A DNA stretch of 64,000 nt from assembly GCA_012295275.1 (NCBI GenBank), contig CM022676.1:16368001-16432000 (forward strand), given 5' to 3'. The DNA comes from Chrysomallon squamiferum (taxonomy: Eukaryota; Animalia; Mollusca). The position numbers were made by a program, and so were the translations under genes. Below are positions 1 to 64,000 of the stretch, piece after piece (the stretch's first letter is position 1; each line of letters opens with the position of its first letter). The notes under the pieces are model-generated. The model made no database searches and was not told where the DNA came from. It saw only the letters and a list, made by a program, of their open reading frames with translations.

Positions 1-31340
<31,340 letters not shown>

Positions 31341-31458
31341 TTTGTCTCGGTCAAACACAACTACTGAGATTTAGATCCTGATTCCTTTCATTATATACGT
31401 AGCTCGTTGACTGACTAAGTTTAATTTTGTAACGGTAATCATGTTTCAAAGTATTTTA

Positions 31459-31488
31459 TTGTTAGTAGCTGGAATGGAACGTATGACA
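31459..31488 (-). promoter_or_regulatory. Conserved 30-bp element upstream of the leader exon
   Basis: 30/30 identical to 59211-59240, which lies upstream of a much more diverged paralogous leader. Confidence 0.55.
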
Positions 31489-31723
31489 TAGATAAAGAAA
31501 AGATATAAAGAATATCGAAGAAAATCTTTCAGAATGTAAGTTTACAAGTGGCGCATGTCAGTGTGACATAAAGGCAAAGTACGTGTGTTAGTTATTCATG
31601 TCTGTTTTTTAACCAATTTATATACCCTGTGCCTATATCCGCCAATATGACGTCTATCTATCTTTATTTGTTGATTTAAAATAGTTTGTATGTATTCCAG
31701 AAACCAACATGACGTCTGATAAT

Positions 31724-31762
<39 letters not shown>

Positions 31763-33679
31763 TGTATCTCTTAAGTGAAGACTGATTCATTTGTTTGGCT
31801 ATTTGATTCAATCAATTCTGATTTTTCAAAATAGGATTTGTTTAAATATGTTTAGTTTCTCGAATATAAAACACATATAAATAATTATTAGTATAAATAA
31901 TCAGTATGACATAAAGTCAAAGTACGTATGTTTCTTATCCATGTCTGTTTTTCGACCAGTTTATAAACCCTGTGCATATATCAGCCAATATGACGTCTAT
32001 CTATCTTTATTTGTTGATTTAAAATAGTTTGTCAGTGTGTGTGTGTGTGTGTGTGTAAGTGTGTGTGTTTAAGTGTGATTGTGTGTGTGAGTGTGTGTGT
32101 GTGTGTGTCTGTGTGTGTGTGTGTGGTGTTTGTGGGTGTGGGTGGGTGTGTGTGAGATTAAGTAAACACTTATTCATTTGTTTGGCTATTCTGATATGAA
32201 CATTTCTGTTGATTCAATCAATTCTGATAAAAGTTTCAGCGAATTCAGGATTTGAGGTGTAAATATGTTTAGTTTCTTGAATATAAAACAAATGTAAATA
32301 ATTAATTCATCAACGATCAAAAAATCATTATTAGTAATATTGATCAGAATAGCACTAAATGTGACTACGATACGCAGTCATTTATCAATATGGGCGCAGT
32401 CTGATTCCTAACTATTAAACAATTAATGAATATAAATGTTAGCAATGTCTTCTTCCTTCTCTCTTCACACTTACACTTTGTTCTTGCTAACTGAATATAA
32501 TAATTATGAATGGATATTTGTTTGATATTTGTAGAATACGAACTATAGGTAGAGCTTCTTCATTCCCATTATATTTTGGAACTTTTTTTATTTTTGTTTT
32601 AAAACACAATCTCATCTGTTTTCTTTCAATGTGATATCGTTCAGGTTTGTGATCGGTGTTATTATATAGTGGTGAAGCGCATGTTATAGTTTCATTTCTA
32701 CTAACAAAAATACTAGAGGTATTGTGTGATTAAGGAATTCCTGTTTTTATGTTTCTATAGACTGAGTCTGTGGTTTAAAAAAAGAAAAACGTTTTTTACT
32801 TTCTCTTTGTGATTCAATATGTTTAGCACAAAAAGCGGTTTCGCTAATTACCACTAGATGAAACATGCAGAATCGTGATAATCACACACAGTTTTATAGT
32901 ATAGCCTCTTCATACATTGCTCTTGGTATACTGATATTTTGGAAAGAAAATCATCTTGCAATTATCTTCAGGTAGCCTCTAGTGTTTAAACGTAGAACTC
33001 TTTCATAACAGGTAGGCAAACATGTAATTTTAGATAAAATTAAGCTATAAATAAGCGGCTGGGATTTCACTGATACTGATTCTGATTCTATGCATAGTGA
33101 CCACAAAGGGGACTTCGGTGTCCATTAATTTATTTTCATAAACTTTGTGTACCTTGAGTTAAACCATTTTGATTTAGGTAGAACTTGTTCTCGTTACATC
33201 ATCATCACTATCATCATCATCATCTTATTATTATTATCATAAACAACATTACATTATCGATACTTTATTTTTTATATCTTCATCCTCATAATTCTCTCTC
33301 TCTGTCTCTCTGTCTGTGTCCCTCTGTCTGTTATTAAACTTGTTTTTGTATTTAATTTAATATTATGATTATATTGTTATTTATTCATGTGTTAACAAAA
33401 AATAAGCACAATAATAATAATAATAACAACAACAACAACAACAACAACAATAATAATAATAATAATAATAAAGATTATTAACCATCATCCATGGCCCGAT
33501 TTGAACTTTTACCAGTTGTATTCTGGGGCAGTAATGAATAATACAAAATATATCCTAAGTCTAAATAAAAAATATACCGAATTTATATAATATAATCAGT
33601 TTTGATTTTGAAGAAGAGTAAAGATTTGAATAGTAAAATTAAAACTATTCTCATTATTTTGTTGCAGCCACAAACCATC

Positions 33680-33763
33680 ATGGTACACGATGTGGTGGTG
33701 AGATTGCTGTTGTTGCTAACAATGTCTGTGGTGTTGATGTCGCTTACAGGGCAGGAATTTCTG
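33680..33763 (+). CDS. Putative signal-peptide exon of a divergently oriented gene
   Basis: ttttgttgcag acceptor ending at 33667; MVHDVVVRLLLLLTMSVVLMSLTGQEFL|gtatga (phase 0). Confidence 0.55.
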
Positions 33764-34128
33764 GTATGAATTAAATATTTAATTTATAAAACGTTAGATG
33801 ATAAATATAGATGTAGCTAAGATGTAACAAATTCTCACGGAAAGAAAAATATAATGACAAATAATGTATCTCTCTGTGTTTATCTGCCATTTGTTTTATG
33901 TGAATACACACATACAAAAACATGCATACATTCTCACAGACTGTTCTCTTCGACGTTACTTTCCATTATTGTAGAGCTGGCTTCCGTCCAAATACTGCCA
34001 TAAAATATATACCAAAACAGTTGGCTGACGTCCAAATATTATATTCATAATAACAAAAAAATACAATACAAAACGTCTGACGGCAGTGACTACAAAGAAA
34101 CATGCAAACAGAGAAATAAATCAGTAAA

Positions 34129-34172
<44 letters not shown>

Positions 34173-34293
34173 ATAATAATAATAATAATAATAACAATAA
34201 TACATAATCGCAGTCATTAAAAACCTAAATTATGTTCTTTATTCAATAGCAAATCTTTGCTCACAAGATTCCCTTTTTTTTCCGTGAAAGTCA

Positions 34294-34362
<69 letters not shown>

Positions 34363-35414
34363 CACAGTCATTAAAAATATAAATTATGTTGTTTATTATG
34401 TGGCACCCACGTCTATAGTTATATATGCAATTGAAAAACTCGCACAGAAAATAATTATATTTTACGTCAAACTAATTTTAAAATGTTCTGTTGGCTGTGA
34501 ACTGTTTATGTCTTAATAGCTTGTTTTCACTCAGTGAATTTTCTAAAAAGTGAATGTTTGTTATTCAGATCAGACAGCAATAATTCAGTACTGCTATCAC
34601 GACAGCTAGATGGGTGGTACTTTGACTTGTGATCTACACCGATAACATTCTACACGATTATTTTAATTATTATTGTTACATTATTTTAATTTTTAAATTT
34701 ATTTTATTTTATTATTTTTTATATTCATTATTATCTTTTATTGTATAATTTATATGTTTATAATTTATCGATGAACTGAAACGCAAGACAATATTTGGCG
34801 TGTAATCTACACATTTATCCTACAACCAGAATATTCTACACACTTATTTTAATTATTATTTTGTTTATTTTTGTTCTTATGATCATATACGTATCAATCA
34901 CCAAATAGCTTCGAAGTAATGTTCGTATATACATATATATATATATACTGAAATATTACTTTGTCTGCCTGCTATAAATCACACGCCAAATTAGTTTTAC
35001 ACCAAGTAGATCACACGGCAAATTAGCAAAATAAACCAGACTAAATTGTTTGGAAAGCCATGTAAAATACAGAGTCATTCATCTGAAACCGATTTAAACT
35101 CCTAACACAACCTGCTCAAATGATACTCGTGTAACCAGTATAGCGAGTGCGTGTTTGTTTCTTATATAGATCAGATTAAACATTGTGTATGACGAGACAA
35201 GAAAGATACACCGGGTGTATTGAACGACGATCTGATAAACTCAATGTTAATAGTCTGCGCATAAGTGCAGAAACAAACAGTAAAAATTATCTGCATTTGT
35301 CTACATTGTCAGACGATAAATAACTGCAATTCATCAATAACAATAAGAGTAATAAAGACGATGACAATAATAAAAATAAAAATTATTATAACGATGAATA
35401 TAATAATAACAGAA

Positions 35415-35449
<35 letters not shown>

Positions 35450-35623
35450 AGCAGCTCTAGTGGCACCACAAATAAATAAGTAAAACAGAAAAACAATAAT
35501 AATAATAATAGTAATAATAAAAATAATAATAAAAATAATAGTGCATACTGGTCCTTTCGTACAGGCAACCACAATTATTCAGAATATAAAACATAGTTTA
35601 AATTATGTTCACATTGAAAACTG

Positions 35624-35658
<35 letters not shown>

Positions 35659-35920
35659 TTTATATTATATCTGAGAACACTTTTAAAATATTATTTCGGC
35701 TATCGACTGTTCACGTATTAATGACTAAGTTTCGGGCAGTATAGAGATAACTTTTTTTATCAACTGGATATTTGTTATTTAGGTCAGACAGAAACAGTTC
35801 ATTACTTGTACTGCAACAGCTAAATGTGTGTAAATAGTTTATTAGAAACTGCTATCTGTGCTGGGCGTTAACAAACACTGTGATAAATAAACTAAGATAC
35901 AGAGTACAGGGGTAACTCAC

Positions 35921-35944
35921 AGTTAACAGGAATGTATCCTTCCA
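35921..35944 (-). CDS. Duplicate 24-nt micro-exon
   Basis: Identical to 28606-28629, splice sites intact. Confidence 0.5.
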
Positions 35945-36069
35945 CTGAAACAACAAACAAGACTACAACATATCACAAACTATATTGAACTAGAGATAAT
36001 CGAGAAAATACAAACATGCCTTAGGGTCCAAAAGCCCACGGTGAAAAAAATAAATAAAAAATAAAATAA

Positions 36070-36104
<35 letters not shown>

Positions 36105-36648
36105 CAACAACAACAACAACAACAACAATAACCATAACAATAACAATATACATACCAAAATTTCAAATGAGAAATATTTGCTTGAGGTATTTTTATATCA
36201 GCTTCAAGGACCACAGCAACAAGAATAATAATTAAAAAAGAAAATAAGAATAGTAAATACGCCATATAATTATAATCTCTTTAAACTGTTTTACTGTCGT
36301 TGAACTCTTTCCAAATGACAACTTTCTGTTTGAAATTTCTTCTCTTATTTTTTTGTCAGTGTAATAATCTCGTTAATACGAACATAGTCTGTTCGGGAAA
36401 ACGTGACTGAAGTCACATATTACAAGTCACGGTTCTTCGGTTGTCAGGTGTCACTTTACAGGGGTCAAAGTCAGAAAAATGGTATAAACATGTCGTGCAA
36501 CTTGCTAAGGGTACTGCTTAATTGCTTGAGGCTGTTGTATTTTGTTATTTTTGAAATATTCTATTCTTCGATAGCTGTTTAATTTAATATGCACAGTCAG
36601 AAAACAGTAAACAAGATACACCTTGTGGACCAGATACTCTCAATACTC

Positions 36649-36700
<52 letters not shown>

Positions 36701-37864
36701 TATTAATATTATTAAAATGGAAAAAAAAAGGAAAAATAAATAAATCGACATTCTAACAACTAATAATGCCACCTTCAACCATGAAATAATCAGCACAGTA
36801 ATAAAAAGTAGAAAGAGATATATTATTTCCGAAATACATTTATAATTACACAAAACAAAATAAAGCAAACCAAATTGCTTAGTTGAAACTTTAAGTTGAA
36901 ACCTGTTTGAAGACAAAATTGATAACCGGAAAATAAAAAGGATTATTTTTATAAATTTTAAGACTTGTATATTGACATATAGACAGTGTATTGAACATAT
37001 AGACAGTTAGAAATACCACTACACGGCATAGTTACAACATCAAGAGAAATGAGAATAATATATTACTAAATCTAAGAGCCAAACTCTTATTACTTATGAT
37101 AAAAGTGTCAGCGATTAACCACAGTCTTCTGTTTAGATCGAAGGTAAACACCGGTTCTGCAAGTTCCCACTTGTCTCGACAAGGCATATTTTTTCCAGGA
37201 ACAGTTTTCCTTCTTGCCTGTATATTCGCATGTTTATTTGTTTTATTGTTTTTGTTCTGTGGCGGTGTAATTTAATAAGGAGGAGGAACATGATAACCTC
37301 AAGAATAAGCAGCAAAGAATGTAATAAAATATGACAAAATTTCATTCCAGGTCATATTCCCCAAGTAAAGTAAGAATACAATTTTAACTTCGCCACATTA
37401 TATTTTAGCCGTAATATAACAATGCTATAAAATAACATAAGCTGCAACCAACAATAGTGCAACCTCATTACAGGTGTGTATAGTAAATCACTAAAAACTG
37501 TCAGCACGTCTCTATAACGTATATTTTACAGGTCTGAAATGTTTTTATGACAATGTCAAAATTGGAGTGTCAATAATAGTAAGGAAATATACTTAACATT
37601 TAAGCAAATAACATGCTATATACGAAAGTTTATCAGTGAATGTTTTGTTGATGCAGTTTAAGTCATTACTCAGACCACGATTCTCTTTTTAGAACACACT
37701 TCTATGTTTCACTGCTTCTGAGATATAAATAAAATGGACAGTATAAAAGAGAAATTCAGTTTAACCGATAAGCATGTGAATATAATTTCTAATGTCATTA
37801 TTATTAAGTAGGTCACTGTTAATACGTATATTAATAAAACAAAACAAAAATCAAACTGAAATAC

Positions 37865-37949
37865 CTGAAGCGACTGTAAATATCAGAAATGAGCAAATCC
37901 ATATACACCGAATTAAACACATTTCTTTGATAAAAACTGTACAGAACAT
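37865..37949 (-). CDS. Duplicate signal-peptide exon (alternative leader or orphan)
   Basis: MFCTVFIKEMCLIRCIWICSFLIFTVAS, then G|gtattt (weaker donor). Confidence 0.6.
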
Positions 37950-38300
37950 TTTGTCTCGGTCAAACACAACTACTGTGATTTAGATCCTGATTCCTATCTT
38001 TATATACGTAGCTCGTTGACTGACTAAGTTTAATTTTGGAACGGTAATCATGTTTCAAAGTATTTTATTGTTAGTAGGTGGCATGGAACGTACGACATAG
38101 ATAAAGAAAAGATATAAAGAATATCGAAGAAAATCTTTCAGAATGTAAGTTTACAAGTGGCGCATGTCAGTGTGACATAAAGGCAAAGTACGTATGTCAG
38201 TTATCCATGTATATTTATTTACCAATTTATATACCCTGTGCCTATATCCGCCAATATGACGTCTATCTATCTTTATTTGTTGATTTAAAATAGTTTGTCA

Positions 38301-38500
38301 NNNNNNNNNNNNNNNNNNNNNNNNNNNNNNNNNNNNNNNNNNNNNNNNNNNNNNNNNNNNNNNNNNNNNNNNNNNNNNNNNNNNNNNNNNNNNNNNNNNN
38401 NNNNNNNNNNNNNNNNNNNNNNNNNNNNNNNNNNNNNNNNNNNNNNNNNNNNNNNNNNNNNNNNNNNNNNNNNNNNNNNNNNNNNNNNNNNNNNNNNNNN
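38301..38500. other. Assembly gap (200 N)
   Basis: Run of N; the round length suggests a scaffold join of unknown size. Confidence 0.99.
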
Positions 38501-63049
<24,549 letters not shown>

Positions 63050-63570
63050 GTCAGTTTGCATGTGACATTTTGTTTTATTTTATTTTGTTTCACTCTTTTT
63101 CACTAACCAAATATTTTAACTTGTTGGCATCAAAATTATCATTGGTACGTTTAATGTTGTAGTTCTGAAGTGTGTATCTATCTTTATTTGCCTTTAGTAA
63201 TAACAGAAACAAGGAAAATAATATCAGGATTGGGTACAATCGTTAACTAAAAAACTATAATATACGTTAATAATATTATCAAACGATAAGACTTCAATAT
63301 CGAGCTGTATAATTAGTAATATATTTGTACAAAGTCAACTTTTACTTGTAATACCGAGAAGCCAAATATTTGTTTCTAGTAACAATGTGAAAAAAAAAAA
63401 TAAAAATAAAGTACGTAAGAAAAAAAAAAAAAATAATAATAATAATAGTAAATAGATACAAAAAAAATAATAATTAATAATAATAATAATAATATTAATA
63501 ATAATAATAACAATTCAAGGGAGAGCATGCAGTCGAATCGGTTCGCAAATTGGCCAGTCCAGAGAGAGAC

Positions 63571-63615
<45 letters not shown>

Positions 63616-64000
63616 AATAAATAATGGAGCCTCTCTTGACTGTATTTTATAATGCTGTGCTGAGAATAGATCATTCGTGTCAATGTGATAGAAATGTAAG
63701 GTTTATTTAAATGACGCTGTGAAAAAGAAAATTCTCGACGCTCAGAACGTGATAGAACACGATCAATGCATGAATATCTATCTTTCATAAAGACATTTAT
63801 TAATCCTAACTTTACCTTTTTCATATATCTGACAGAAAGGCGGTTCACTTTTAGTTGACATTAGTAGTCTGCGGGAAAATATATTTACAGAACGAAAATG
63901 TATTCAGAAAAAAACAAAAAAACCGACAGAGAGATCGCATACAGACAGAAAGCCAAACACACACGCAAAGAGAGAGGTGTCCTAAAAATAAATAAATAAA

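Larger units (their letters stand above)
34245..38300. repeat. Leader/promoter cassette, copy 2, truncated by the gap
   Basis: Direct repeat of 26885-31690, including the foldback element (34621-35022), micro-exon and leader. Confidence 0.93.

Overview
AT-rich, microsatellite-rich, intron-containing animal DNA (invertebrate, probably mollusc; this is inference), with a 200-N scaffold gap at 38301-38500. The window is a cluster of scavenger receptor cysteine-rich (SRCR, group A: 6 Cys, two exons per domain) receptor genes. Gene A (minus strand, ATG 31340 to beyond position 1) reads: signal-peptide exon, 24-nt micro-exon, 9 SRCR domains in the order a-b-c-a-b-c-a-b-d, two Ig-like exons, FN3, an 18-nt micro-exon and the start of a TM exon. 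It has four 1-nt frameshifts as assembled. Right of the gap a plus-strand array carries the same domain types (partial a,b,c,d,b,c,a,b,c, then a decayed leader, then d), and part of it is a near-identical inverted copy of gene A. Between the arrays lie a direct duplication of the gene A promoter/leader cassette and an unrelated plus-strand signal-peptide exon. The most notable pattern is that introns and type b/c exons are homogenised across repeats, while type a exons differ almost only non-synonymously at SRCR cation/ligand-binding motifs. Several recombination junctions are visible, and all half-domain exons are phase-compatible. A Tc1 transposase fragment and MITE-like elements are also present. 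Most ORF-track entries are microsatellite or antisense artefacts.
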